IMG/VR virus record: IMGVR_UViG_3300015202_000005 | Coordinates: 1,947 to 65,946 of that record | Origin: a virus | Direction: 5' to 3' (one strand) | Length of the DNA stretch: 64,000 nt | Shown here: one piece after another, positions 9,303 through 18,484 of the stretch | Numbering within the stretch: the first letter of the stretch is position 1 | How the letters are laid out: the number at the start of each line of letters is the position of its first letter | Translations under genes and position numbers: made by a program | The notes under the pieces: model-generated | What the model saw: the letters and a program-made list of their open reading frames with translations, nothing else | The model's database searches: none | What the model was told of the DNA's origin: nothing

Positions 9303-11642
9303 TTATTTATTATTTATTTGTGATTTCTGAATATTAATCTTTTGTTGTTCTAATCCTAGCTTTTGCTGTTTTTCCGTTTCTGAAACTTGATTTTTTCTCA
9401 TTGTCTCAGATAACTTCGCAGCTTCTAAAGCTCTATTGTAATGACGTTGTATAATTTCTTCACTATCACCTATACCATCATGGTCTGCATCTCCTCCTGC
9501 TGCATTAAATGAATCAGCTAATATCAATGATTGTTCTGTCTTACCATCAGCACTTATTTGTGCCACTTTAATCATTGCATCAGTTTTCATCTTTTCACGT
9601 TCCATTGCAAAGTTCTGTAATGTTTGTTCGTGTGTCTGCTGTAATTTAGCTGCATCTTGTTGTACAGATTGTTGTATTTTTTCACCTTCTCTAATTAACT
9701 GTTTAATCTTAGAAACGTTAGTACAATCTACAATTTCAGCAATAGTCGAAGCAGGTACACCATTTTGTAACATAGGTTGAAACAACTCTTTAAGAGTATT
9801 AATCTTAGCTTGTTCATCAACACCATTAGATACGTGTACACTAAATTGACAATCCATATGTGTTGCACCATCTATATCTAACATACTACGGTCTCCTGTA
9901 CTAGTAGTAAACATTTCTTGTTTACCACCTATCCAAGCCATCTTACTGTAATCTAATAAACCATCTAATTCAACTTCTCTATATCTTTCAAACATAGCTA
10001 TCATTTCACGATTAGCTATTGCACTTCTAAATACAGCTTGTTCAGTTACAGACTTTCTATCAGATGCTTGTACTTCTCCATAACGTTGTCTATTCATTCC
10101 AACTACATCCCAAAACTCGTCTTTTATTTCTTTCATAAAAGACCACATCTCTTTCATATATTGACCTAATGATAAATCTATTTCTTTTATCGAGTTATAA
10201 GCAGCTAACGCCTTATCAGAACTTTCATCAAAAAACGCTATACTAAAAGCCGATATACTGTAAAACCATTTATCTGTGTCCCAACCTTTATCAGTAGGTA
10301 TTAAACCTAATGGGAATAGTAATAGTTTGTCTTTGTTTTTAGCTAACGTTAACTCAAATCTGTAATGAAATATATTGTATAATAACTGGTATGATAAACC
10401 TTTACTTACAATACCTTCAATCGCATCTTTAGTATAACCCCAATAAGCACCGTTATAAGGTAACTTACAAATAGATGTATTGTTTATTTGTGTACGTTGT
10501 ACTTGTCCTACTCCATACTTAATATAACATTTTTCATCTACCATTAAACTATTACCTACTCTCCATATTTCCCACCATTCATTTTCCCAAACCCATTGAA
10601 CATCTAAATCACCTTTATCAGTTTCAATCTTGTAAAACTCATCTACTTCAGTTTCGTTAGGTTGACCAGTTTCATCTATGTAAGTAAGAATACCGCGTTT
10701 ACTAAATGATTTCCAAACTATATGTTCTACTGTTATTAATCCTGATGCATTAAGTGATACTGTATTACCACCACGTAATTCATAAAAAGGTGAATTACCT
10801 AAACCTAATTCTTTATTTAATGTTAAATAATCAATTTGTTCATCTGATAAATACTCTCTAAACTTATCTATTATTGTACTCATATTCCAATAGTATCTAG
10901 CTACTATTGCTTCTGCATCTTCTGCAAACTGTGAAGATGTGTCCCAACCTGCTACTGATATTTGTTGAGGATGTATTACCTCAAATGTAACGTCTTTATG
11001 ATTTATGTCTTTAAATGAAAATGACCAACCACATATTAAAAAGTTGTAGTATAATCTTTGAAATTTAGATTCTAAATCTTGTGTACTATCTATATACTCT
11101 AAAGCCGTTTGTCCTCTAATAGCACGTTGGTCTAAATATGGTGTTTCTAATTCTTTCTCTAATTCTGATTTATCAACTTGTTGTTGTGCCTGTACATCAA
11201 ACCCGTATTTCTTTAACTCCGATAAATACAATTCCGTAAGATGTTTTTTTACTAAGTTATCGTGATAATCTTTCTGTAAAGACAATACATCCGAGTTGTT
11301 AACTGCTACCGATATTGTATTAGGGCGTTCTTTACGTTCTCCTAATAACCTAACTATAACAGGTTTAATTATATCATAGTTTCTTAACTTAGCAGGATAA
11401 TCCTTTTTGGCATCTCCCTGTACAGCATAAGGATTAGTTACATATTCATAATCATCTGGATTTATTAATCCTTTTGCTATATCAAAATCTGATTGAATCC
11501 TTAAATGTTCTGTTGATAAAAAACCATTGTATTGTACCCAATACAAAGCATTTTCTTTTATCCAAGCTGGTACAGATGCTCCATTTACTAATTCTAATTT
11601 CTTTGCTAATGGTAACTTCTGTAACGGTTTTATTGTACCCAT
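9303..11642 (-). CDS. portal protein
   Basis: 779 aa downstream of TerL; KLRNYDIIKP..LLGE motif; coiled-coil tail with DADHDGIGD. Confidence 0.88.
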   Translation of the reverse strand: MGTIKPLQKLPLAKKLELVNGASVPAWIKENALYWVQYNGFLSTEHLRIQSDFDIAKGLINPDDYEYVTNPYAVQGDAKKDYPAKLRNYDIIKPVIVRLLGERKERPNTISVAVNNSDVLSLQKDYHDNLVKKHLTELYLSELKKYGFDVQAQQQVDKSELEKELETPYLDQRAIRGQTALEYIDSTQDLESKFQRLYYNFLICGWSFSFKDINHKDVTFEVIHPQQISVAGWDTSSQFAEDAEAIVARYYWNMSTIIDKFREYLSDEQIDYLTLNKELGLGNSPFYELRGGNTVSLNASGLITVEHIVWKSFSKRGILTYIDETGQPNETEVDEFYKIETDKGDLDVQWVWENEWWEIWRVGNSLMVDEKCYIKYGVGQVQRTQINNTSICKLPYNGAYWGYTKDAIEGIVSKGLSYQLLYNIFHYRFELTLAKNKDKLLLFPLGLIPTDKGWDTDKWFYSISAFSIAFFDESSDKALAAYNSIKEIDLSLGQYMKEMWSFMKEIKDEFWDVVGMNRQRYGEVQASDRKSVTEQAVFRSAIANREMIAMFERYREVELDGLLDYSKMAWIGGKQEMFTTSTGDRSMLDIDGATHMDCQFSVHVSNGVDEQAKINTLKELFQPMLQNGVPASTIAEIVDCTNVSKIKQLIREGEKIQQSVQQDAAKLQQTHEQTLQNFAMEREKMKTDAMIKVAQISADGKTEQSLILADSFNAAGGDADHDGIGDSEEIIQRHYNRALEAAKLSETMRKNQVSETEKQQKLGLEQQKINIQKSQINNK

Positions 11643-11655
11643 AATTTATATATCA

Positions 11656-13986
11656 TTAAGAAGTCTTACCCCACATTCTACTAAAGAATTTATCTTTGCT
11701 ACTATGTGTCGGTTCTATTAATATACTATCTGTTATTTCTAAGTCTTGAAACTCTCCAACTATCATAGCTGAAATACAATCAAAATTACCTTTCATATTC
11801 CAACGTAAACTTTCTCTTAGTAACCTTTTACAAGAAATTGTATCTACAAAAGCAATATCATGTCCATTTACATCTTTACCTACAACTCTACCAAAATGGT
11901 CACATAACATCTTTGCACCTTCCATCTTTCTTCTTAAATTTTTACCTATTGAAAATCCATATACACGACCTGTCTTTCCACTTATCTCTTTTAAACTTGA
12001 CATCTCTGGTTCTTCCTGTAACCACTTAGTCGCATTGTGTTGTTTAAAATAAGGTGCTACTTGTCCTCTATCATTTTCAAATAACATCTTAGCGTTGTAA
12101 TACATACACAAAAGTAATAGTTGTTCGTTGTATTCATCTGTTGTTGCAGGTCTTCCAATCCATGACGCTACTATACGGTCTCCTTTTGACGTTGTTGCAT
12201 TATTTGTCCTTTCGTGAACGTATGCTACACCTAATGAGCTAACTGATGAAATATCATCTATGTCTTTATCTGTCGCATAAGGGTCGTGTTTTACATAATA
12301 TAGGTTGCTCGGAGTATACTGTCTATACTCTTCTTTATCCTTTTCAGTTAACTTAAACGGAGATTCATACTCAATTATACAACCATGTAAATCATAACTC
12401 TTACCTAATATATCGTTTGTATCTGTAATAGGTAAGTGATACGCATACTCCTTAAATTCATCTAACGTCTTTAATCTAACTATACCTTTTAATACTTCTA
12501 ATTTACCATACCTTGCATATCCTTTATAAATAGGAGACGATAGTATATTAAGACGTGCTTGTATTTTGTCTGAATGTATTCTAAACAAATTCTGCGTACC
12601 TCTATTAAAAGCCTCTCTTGGAGTTATAGCACGTTCTGCAACCCACTTCATATAAGCACTTGCATTTGATTGTTCGTACTTTATAATCTTTCTTTTGTCA
12701 TAATCTATCTTTGCACTTTCTAAATCTGAATTACCAAACTTATCAATGTGACCTTCGTAATTTTGTATGTGACCAAACCATAAACCACAAGGTGTATTTA
12801 TTTGATTTTCATCAAATGTATTATTAAAAGGTAAACAGTTATAACCTGTTGGATTGTAGAATATTTCAGATAAACCTGCGTAGTCTGCATCAGCACTACC
12901 AACTGTTCCCCAATATGTAGATTGTCCTACTGTGTACCCACCTGATTCAGCTGTTGATGATGTAGCTTCTATTGTTTCTAATAAATTAGGAAACGAACCA
13001 CACTCCTCATATTTAATCTTACGTGCCATCTTACCACGTGCACAGTCTGGATTATCAGCTGCTGATAAAGCTAATACCTTACTTAAATAACCAAATTCTC
13101 CTGACTGTCCTCTATATCTATAACCAAACTTTAATTCTGTTTCATTCTCTGTCAACCTTCTTTTATTCCAATCTGTATGTAAATTAATAAAATCACTGTA
13201 CTTATAAATCATGTTCATTATCCCATCACCTTTAGTCATGTATTTAGAATCATGCGCTATTAGTAATACAGTAATTTGTTTATTTAAATCAATCTCATCA
13301 AAAGCATCCCATGCACCTATATACGAAAAACCTTTACGACGGCTTTTACCTACTGCTATATCTAGTCCTATGTTTTCTGCAAACTTCATAGCTAACCAAG
13401 TATGATAGTGACCATCCCAAAAGTCTGGAAAATCATACGTAATCTCAGCCGTTGTTTTATCTGATAAACCTTTAAAAAACATACGTAATGTCTCTTCTGA
13501 TTTATCTTTATTTTGTTGGTCAAAGCTATTTAACGTTGCATCTCTTACACTAATCTCGTCTGGGTCTTTAGTTCTAGTAATAGGTGCAAAGTTTAAAAAT
13601 CCTACCATTTTTGGAGGTATCCATAAGTTTTCAATATCTGTATCTGAATTACCGCCACTTTCATCTTTCCATTTTACAGGTAAAAATATACCGTTTCTTC
13701 TTCTATATTCCCACCTATCCCAAAACTCTTTATATGCTCTAGGATTCTTGTTAGCATCTATACTATGATACGTACCATATTTTTTATGATAAATTGCTGC
13801 ATTACTTATTAAATGGGTATTTATAAATTTAATGTTTTCCCATTTATACAATTTAACTTTATTAGTAGTATCAAATGTATTAGTATAATAATCCTTTACC
13901 CATTTATAACCATCAATTATATGTTCTTGCATATATTGTTTTTCTTCCGAAAAGGTCATATTATACATTAACCTGTTGTTTGACAT
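11656..13986 (-). CDS. terminase large subunit
   Basis: Walker A-like GKSRRKGFSY, Walker B-like KYEECG, nuclease motifs HDPYATD, LFENDRG, GNFDCISA. Confidence 0.9.
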   Translation of the reverse strand: MSNNRLMYNMTFSEEKQYMQEHIIDGYKWVKDYYTNTFDTTNKVKLYKWENIKFINTHLISNAAIYHKKYGTYHSIDANKNPRAYKEFWDRWEYRRRNGIFLPVKWKDESGGNSDTDIENLWIPPKMVGFLNFAPITRTKDPDEISVRDATLNSFDQQNKDKSEETLRMFFKGLSDKTTAEITYDFPDFWDGHYHTWLAMKFAENIGLDIAVGKSRRKGFSYIGAWDAFDEIDLNKQITVLLIAHDSKYMTKGDGIMNMIYKYSDFINLHTDWNKRRLTENETELKFGYRYRGQSGEFGYLSKVLALSAADNPDCARGKMARKIKYEECGSFPNLLETIEATSSTAESGGYTVGQSTYWGTVGSADADYAGLSEIFYNPTGYNCLPFNNTFDENQINTPCGLWFGHIQNYEGHIDKFGNSDLESAKIDYDKRKIIKYEQSNASAYMKWVAERAITPREAFNRGTQNLFRIHSDKIQARLNILSSPIYKGYARYGKLEVLKGIVRLKTLDEFKEYAYHLPITDTNDILGKSYDLHGCIIEYESPFKLTEKDKEEYRQYTPSNLYYVKHDPYATDKDIDDISSVSSLGVAYVHERTNNATTSKGDRIVASWIGRPATTDEYNEQLLLLCMYYNAKMLFENDRGQVAPYFKQHNATKWLQEEPEMSSLKEISGKTGRVYGFSIGKNLRRKMEGAKMLCDHFGRVVGKDVNGHDIAFVDTISCKRLLRESLRWNMKGNFDCISAMIVGEFQDLEITDSILIEPTHSSKDKFFSRMWGKTS

Positions 13987-14590
13987 TGTCTATATCTTTT
14001 TCATTAATTAATGTATAAGTAAACTTAGGTACATAACCTACTTGTTTAGTCTTATTTATAATACTCATAAATTCATCAAAATCATCAATGTTGTTAACTA
14101 CTTGACAACCTGCTGAATATCTACCAACTACATCTACTAAACTATTAACAGCTGCATGATGTATTTGAATATCAAAAAATCCAAAATCACTGCTCCCCAT
14201 AATAGGAAAACCTTGCGCCAACCTGTTCCTATTGACTGTCAACGGCTTAATTTGAACCAAACAGGAATATTGACCTTTGTGTAATCCAAGCCCAAATGCC
14301 CCTAAATATTGACCTTCAACTAAAGAAGCTGTGCCTTCCTTATTTATAGGATGTTCGTAATAATACAAACCTGCATCAACAGTAGCTACATACTGCTTAC
14401 AAACCCAGCCAGACCCATCAAAAAAAGATACAGTAATCAAATCATTAAAACTGTCAAGTACAAAATCTTTACTTCTAATACCTACAATGTTTAAATCGTA
14501 TTTACTACCATTGTCAAACCATTTAAAACCTTTATTGATAACTACTTTTTTTATCGTAGCTACCGCAATACTATCATCTAATTTTTTCAT
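13961..14590 (-). CDS. L,D-transpeptidase (YkuD)-like cell-wall enzyme, putative lysin
   Basis: IQIHH...GRYSAGCQV matches the H-x(n)-S-x-G-C YkuD active-site pattern. Confidence 0.62.
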   Translation of the reverse strand: MKKLDDSIAVATIKKVVINKGFKWFDNGSKYDLNIVGIRSKDFVLDSFNDLITVSFFDGSGWVCKQYVATVDAGLYYYEHPINKEGTASLVEGQYLGAFGLGLHKGQYSCLVQIKPLTVNRNRLAQGFPIMGSSDFGFFDIQIHHAAVNSLVDVVGRYSAGCQVVNNIDDFDEFMSIINKTKQVGYVPKFTYTLINEKDIDNVKQQVNV

Positions 14591-14606
14591 ATTATATTTT
14601 TTACAT

Positions 14607-14640
14607 AAAAAAAACCCTATACAAATATCTTTGCATAGGG
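14607..14640 (-). terminator. intrinsic terminator
   Basis: Minus strand CCCTATGCAAA-GATA-TTTGTATAGGG followed by T8. Confidence 0.7.
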
Positions 14641-14666
14641 CAACTTTACAACTTGTCCGCTATAAC

Positions 14667-15002
14667 TTAACTTACTTTTTCATTGTTTATTAAACCTAAT
14701 GGTATAGGATTTATACCTGAACCTCTTAATGATATTACAATATCCCATATTAACGATAGTATTGTTTTTAGTATATTAAAGTAGGCTGCCCACTTAAAAG
14801 GATTAAACCATTGTAAACTAAAATTACCATTTGAATCAAATGCTGCATCTTTTACATAAGCTAATAGAATAACTAATTTATCAATAAACGATACATTGAT
14901 TTTTGGATTGATTCCTGTTAAAAACATCTGGTTGTTTACTTCTGTTAACTGACTTTTTATAAGTGCTAAGTTATCATTTGCCGATACAAAACTTTGTTGC
15001 AT
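14667..15002 (-). CDS. small membrane protein (holin candidate)
   Basis: 111 aa with two hydrophobic or amphipathic stretches, next to the putative lysin. Confidence 0.45.
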   Translation of the reverse strand: MQQSFVSANDNLALIKSQLTEVNNQMFLTGINPKINVSFIDKLVILLAYVKDAAFDSNGNFSLQWFNPFKWAAYFNILKTILSLIWDIVISLRGSGINPIPLGLINNEKVS

Positions 15003-15006
15003 AATA

Positions 15007-16032
15007 TTAATTTAATTGTGTATAACGATGATTTAATAAATCTGTACAATCTTGTTCTAAGTAATTTAATCTATAAACTACTGGAGTATGTTCAATGCGT
15101 TCACCTGCATTATCTAATATTGGATTACCTATCTTATCTAACTTAGTTCTAAAATGACAAAGTATAATACCTTTACATTTTAAACCCCAAGATTCTACTA
15201 TTAAAGCGTATAAACTTAACTGTAAAGTGTACGTACTTCCTTTACAAGCAGGTAAATGTTCTAAGGGAAATTTTAAACCTTTATTTGTATTAACAAATTC
15301 ATCAGTTTCAATTTTTACTGTGCGTTCTTTATTCCACACTTTTTTGTAGTACCCTTCCTCAAACTTTAATTCTTTTTTATTTGTCTTCCAATCCAATATA
15401 ATAAACTGCTTATCTTTAACTAGTAAAATATCTATTGTACCAGCTACTCTATATTTTGAATGATAAACACGTTTCTCTGCATATATAATCCAACCATTAG
15501 TTAGATATTCACATAACTTATTATGTATTATAGGATAAACATCTTTTAACTGCGAATCTTTAAATTCAGCTATTGTTGTTATCTTATAAGCAAATTTAGA
15601 TTTTGTATTTACTAAATTATGTATTTTTATTTTTTGCTTTTCATCATCATTAACTACATTAACACAATCTTCTAAAAACTTGTGTTTGGAATTTCCCCAT
15701 ATACAAGAATCCATTGTAATTTGTTCCCATATATTTAATATGTTATTAGCAGCATTAATAACTGGTAATGTATCTTTAGTGTAAAAACTAAGTGGTAGTT
15801 TATGTCTCTTGTTGTTTATTAAACATTCAATTTCTTTTGTTTCGTAAAAAGGTCTTGGTCTATAATTTGCTTTATCTAAAGCCCTATACACCGCCCAATA
15901 TACTTTATCAAAATCTTGTTCAACTTTACCTATTAACGTAGTTACACTTATATAGTCATAACCTTTTTCATCTTTATATTTATGAGTAGGTTCGTCAAAT
16001 TGTATATTACGTAACTCTGATTTATCTAGCAT
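15007..16032 (-). CDS. PD-(D/E)XK (Cas4-like) nuclease
   Basis: FDEPTHKY, SVTT, AEKRVY, AGTIDIL, ILDWKTN, YTLQLSLYA; ATG at 16032 preferred over the overlapping GTG at 16065. Confidence 0.8.
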   Translation of the reverse strand: MLDKSELRNIQFDEPTHKYKDEKGYDYISVTTLIGKVEQDFDKVYWAVYRALDKANYRPRPFYETKEIECLINNKRHKLPLSFYTKDTLPVINAANNILNIWEQITMDSCIWGNSKHKFLEDCVNVVNDDEKQKIKIHNLVNTKSKFAYKITTIAEFKDSQLKDVYPIIHNKLCEYLTNGWIIYAEKRVYHSKYRVAGTIDILLVKDKQFIILDWKTNKKELKFEEGYYKKVWNKERTVKIETDEFVNTNKGLKFPLEHLPACKGSTYTLQLSLYALIVESWGLKCKGIILCHFRTKLDKIGNPILDNAGERIEHTPVVYRLNYLEQDCTDLLNHRYTQLN

Positions 16033-16033
16033 A

Positions 16034-16690
16034 TTATTCTCGGTTATAAGGATTGCCACCACCAACTACTTCTATCTTTTTTTGTTGTTCAGTACGCATC
16101 CTATTTTCTAAAGATTCAATTTCTGATAATGCTTTTTCTAATTTAGCAGGTGCTTCAAGTAATACTTTACTTGCATTTGCTAATACAGTATTTAACAATT
16201 CTTCCTGTGTTATAATTTGGTCTAAAGCATCTGGTTGAGCAGATGTAGCTTCTAAATTTAATTTAACTAAAGTATCATTATGTCTCTCTACTTGTTTACC
16301 TAAGTTTTCATAATACAATGCTGTATTTCTTAATCCTCGTTTTAATGCAATTAATGCTTTAGCTGTTGGACTATAATCTTGTTGTATCTTAATATATTTA
16401 TCAACAGCTCTTTTTATCAGTTCATCAGCTTCCCATTTTACAGGGAGTTCACAAGCCTCCTTAGCTGCTAAATTTCTTTCTTTATCACTTAAATTTACAA
16501 ACTGATTATTGTCTGACCAATCAGCCATATAAAATATATACTCAATCTCTTTTATAAAATTGATACGTCTTTCGTTTAATACAACTTGTCCTTTTCTCTT
16601 TACTACTTCTCTTATTTCAGTTACATAAAATATACTATCTAAATTAATTTCTATGCTACCTGTTGCTTTATTGAACTTGATAAGTTCCAT
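16034..16690 (-). CDS. conserved helical hypothetical protein
   Basis: 218 aa with coiled-coil C-terminus, in the conserved block upstream of TerL. Confidence 0.6.
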   Translation of the reverse strand: MELIKFNKATGSIEINLDSIFYVTEIREVVKRKGQVVLNERRINFIKEIEYIFYMADWSDNNQFVNLSDKERNLAAKEACELPVKWEADELIKRAVDKYIKIQQDYSPTAKALIALKRGLRNTALYYENLGKQVERHNDTLVKLNLEATSAQPDALDQIITQEELLNTVLANASKVLLEAPAKLEKALSEIESLENRMRTEQQKKIEVVGGGNPYNRE

Positions 16691-16887
16691 ATGTTTATTA
16701 ATTTAGTTTTTGTATTATTTATATTTACAAATATACACTTGCTTATGTTAGCATCTGATATTCCTTTGTTTCTTGCATTATCTAAAAACGCAATAGCTTG
16801 GTCATTATCAACAACTTTATTATTAATCGTAATTTCCGTTCTCAATTCCAAGATTAAATATTTTAAGTCTTCTATTAACGTTTGCAT
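16651..16887 (-). CDS. hypothetical protein
   Basis: 78-aa ORF bridging its neighbours on the same strand. Confidence 0.45.
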   Translation of the reverse strand: MQTLIEDLKYLILELRTEITINNKVVDNDQAIAFLDNARNKGISDANISKCIFVNINNTKTKLINIWNLSSSIKQQVA

Positions 16888-17161
16888 CTTCTTTTTGTTT
16901 TATAATGTTATAAGTATCATTCTCTATAAATTCTACATTTTTTTTACCATATCTATTTGTTAATAGTTCTGGTACTAATGCAAATTTTCCTATGTAAGCT
17001 ATTGGCGCTTCCTGCTGTGCCTCAATAGCCTGCATAGCAAAAAAAGATTGATGTTCAATTAGTTTCTTTATCTGTATTGTAGAAAACTTAAAATTAAAAT
17101 CTTCTAACAACATCTGTTTTATTCCTTCAATTATTTCTTCCTGAACTGTATCAAAAACCAT
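16823..17161 (-). CDS. IHF/HU-like DNA-binding protein
   Basis: Pattern IKKLIEHQ...PIAYIGKF; crAss-like phages encode IHF-like proteins in this block; ATG at 17161 lies downstream of the promoter. Confidence 0.5.
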   Translation of the reverse strand: MVFDTVQEEIIEGIKQMLLEDFNFKFSTIQIKKLIEHQSFFAMQAIEAQQEAPIAYIGKFALVPELLTNRYGKKNVEFIENDTYNIIKQKEDANVNRRLKIFNLGIENGNYD

Positions 17162-17179
17162 AACTTTATAATTATAAAA

Positions 17180-17211
17180 CAAAGATACACCCTATTGTAC
17201 TATTTTACAAA
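17180..17211 (-). promoter_or_regulatory. Bacteroidota primary-sigma promoter for the late operon
   Basis: Minus strand TTTG-N20-TATCTTTG, an exact match to the -33/-7 consensus. Confidence 0.75.
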
Positions 17212-17292
17212 TTATTACCTTATTTATTTACTTCTCCCCTTAGTACAGAACCTTTATATCTACCTACTGTTTATATACAGCGTATTTATAAT

Positions 17293-17323
17293 TTTGTAAT
17301 GTCTGGAGTTAACCGTATATTTG
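17293..17323 (+). promoter_or_regulatory. Bacteroidota primary-sigma promoter (divergent)
   Basis: TTTG-N19-TATATTTG, 37 nt before the ATG at 17361. Confidence 0.7.
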
Positions 17324-17360
17324 TATTAGCAATTTTGCTGTAACTACTCAATATCTAATT

Positions 17361-17489
17361 ATGCCTAATGCAATTATTGATAATGACACATTCTGGAACG
17401 CCACACCAACACCAAATAAATCGGAACCAATCTTAACAGATGAAGAAAATCTAGCCTACACCGAACGCAATAAAGCCCTGAAACAGTAA
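17361..17489 (+). CDS. micro-ORF, 42 aa
   Basis: MPNAIIDNDTFWNATPTPNKSEPILTDEENLAYTERNKALKQ, directly after the promoter. Confidence 0.5.
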   Translation: MPNAIIDNDTFWNATPTPNKSEPILTDEENLAYTERNKALKQ

Positions 17490-17527
17490 TAACCGCAATC
17501 CTATTTTTTTTATTAAACACAATAAAT

Positions 17528-17662
17528 ATGACAATAATAAGTAAAAAACAAAGCAAAATTAAAGCATCAATGTATTATGTAAGAAGTAGATTAAAACAAA
17601 TCTACAAAGAAGAAGTTAGACAAATTATTAAAACAATAAAAATTAAAAACAATGGAATTTGA
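17528..17662 (+). CDS. micro-ORF, 44 aa, basic
   Basis: MTIISKKQSKIKASMYYVRSR...; overlaps the next start. Confidence 0.45.
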   Translation: MTIISKKQSKIKASMYYVRSRLKQIYKEEVRQIIKTIKIKNNGI

Positions 17663-17744
17663 TATTCAAAAATTAACTAAATTAATAGTAGCAGGATTTA
17701 TAGTCCTATTAATTATTATAGTTGCATTATTATTAAATAGATAA
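17652..17744 (+). CDS. micro-ORF, 30 aa, single TM helix
   Basis: MEFDIQKLTKLIVAGFIVLLIIIVALLLNR. Confidence 0.55.
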   Translation: MEFDIQKLTKLIVAGFIVLLIIIVALLLNR

Positions 17745-17747
17745 ACA

Positions 17748-17861
17748 ATGATATTAGAAATAGTACAGCACATCATGGTAATAGCATTAATAGGTTTATT
17801 ACATTATTGGATATTATCAGAAATGTTAGCATTAATATTAAGATATAAAAAACAAGTATGA
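17748..17861 (+). CDS. micro-ORF, 37 aa, single TM helix
   Basis: MILEIVQHIMVIALIGLLHYWILSEMLALILRYKKQV; ATGA overlap with the next ORF. Confidence 0.55.
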   Translation: MILEIVQHIMVIALIGLLHYWILSEMLALILRYKKQV

Positions 17862-17950
17862 TAGTAATAGAAGTTTTAATAACAAAATACTGTTTATTTA
17901 TGTTGGGGTATTTACAAATTGACCAGGATAAAAATATAAGAAAAAAATAG
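17858..17950 (+). CDS. micro-ORF, 30 aa
   Basis: MIVIEVLITKYCLFMLGYLQIDQDKNIRKK; ATGA-coupled. Confidence 0.4.
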   Translation: MIVIEVLITKYCLFMLGYLQIDQDKNIRKK

Positions 17951-17961
17951 GAAAGGAGAAA

Positions 17962-18036
17962 AGGACTAGTTAATATAATTAGTAAGTAGGACTAGTTAAT
18001 AGGACTAGTTAATAAAACTGGTAAATAAAACTGGTA
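17962..18036. repeat. short direct repeats
   Basis: AGGACTAGTTAAT at 17962, 17988 and 18001; AATAAAACTGGTA at 18011 and 18024. Confidence 0.9.
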
Positions 18037-18152
18037 GTAATTGGTAAGTAGGATTGGAAAATAAAAAATAGAAAAAAAATAGAAAAAAATTTAAGTGAGG
18101 TAGAGTAATAGGGTGTAACCCACATCAATCTTATACGTGCGGCTAAAACTTG

Positions 18153-18417
18153 AGTTGCCAATTCCCCCTCACTAAATAACAAATTCCAAAATCGGGATTT
18201 AGTATTAGTGAATTAATATTAGCAACTATCATAGTTTTAATTGTGAACTAACAAGTTCTCAATCAAACTATGGTACAACAACACAATCAGTGTTGTATTA
18301 TAATTGTTTAGTGATATAATCTATCATTTACAATTACATTACACTGATTGTGTTGTTTCAAATCGTTAGCAAAAGATTGGTTTATTGATTAGGCATACAG
18401 CGATGTGTGCCTTTTTT
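18153..18417 (+). ncRNA. candidate structured RNA (three long stem-loops plus terminator)
   Basis: Nested stems at 18153-18227, 18231-18271 and 18277-18357 (17-bp perfect IR); no ORF. Confidence 0.4.
18391..18417 (+). terminator. intrinsic terminator
   Basis: AGGCATAC-AGCGAT-GTGTGCCT followed by T-run. Confidence 0.75.
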
Positions 18418-18484
18418 GTTTAACCTATAAAGATATTTAGTGGCAATGATGCTACTAATTTTATTCACCTATTTTAATTACATT

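Noticed and set aside
14626-14633. Plus-strand TATCTTTG promoter-like element
   Set aside because: No TTTG at -33, it lies inside a terminator hairpin, and there is no credible plus-strand gene downstream
17962-18036. Mini-CRISPR array
   Set aside because: Repeats are only 13 bp, partly abutting, with no unique spacers; the Cas4-like nuclease is a common stand-alone phage gene
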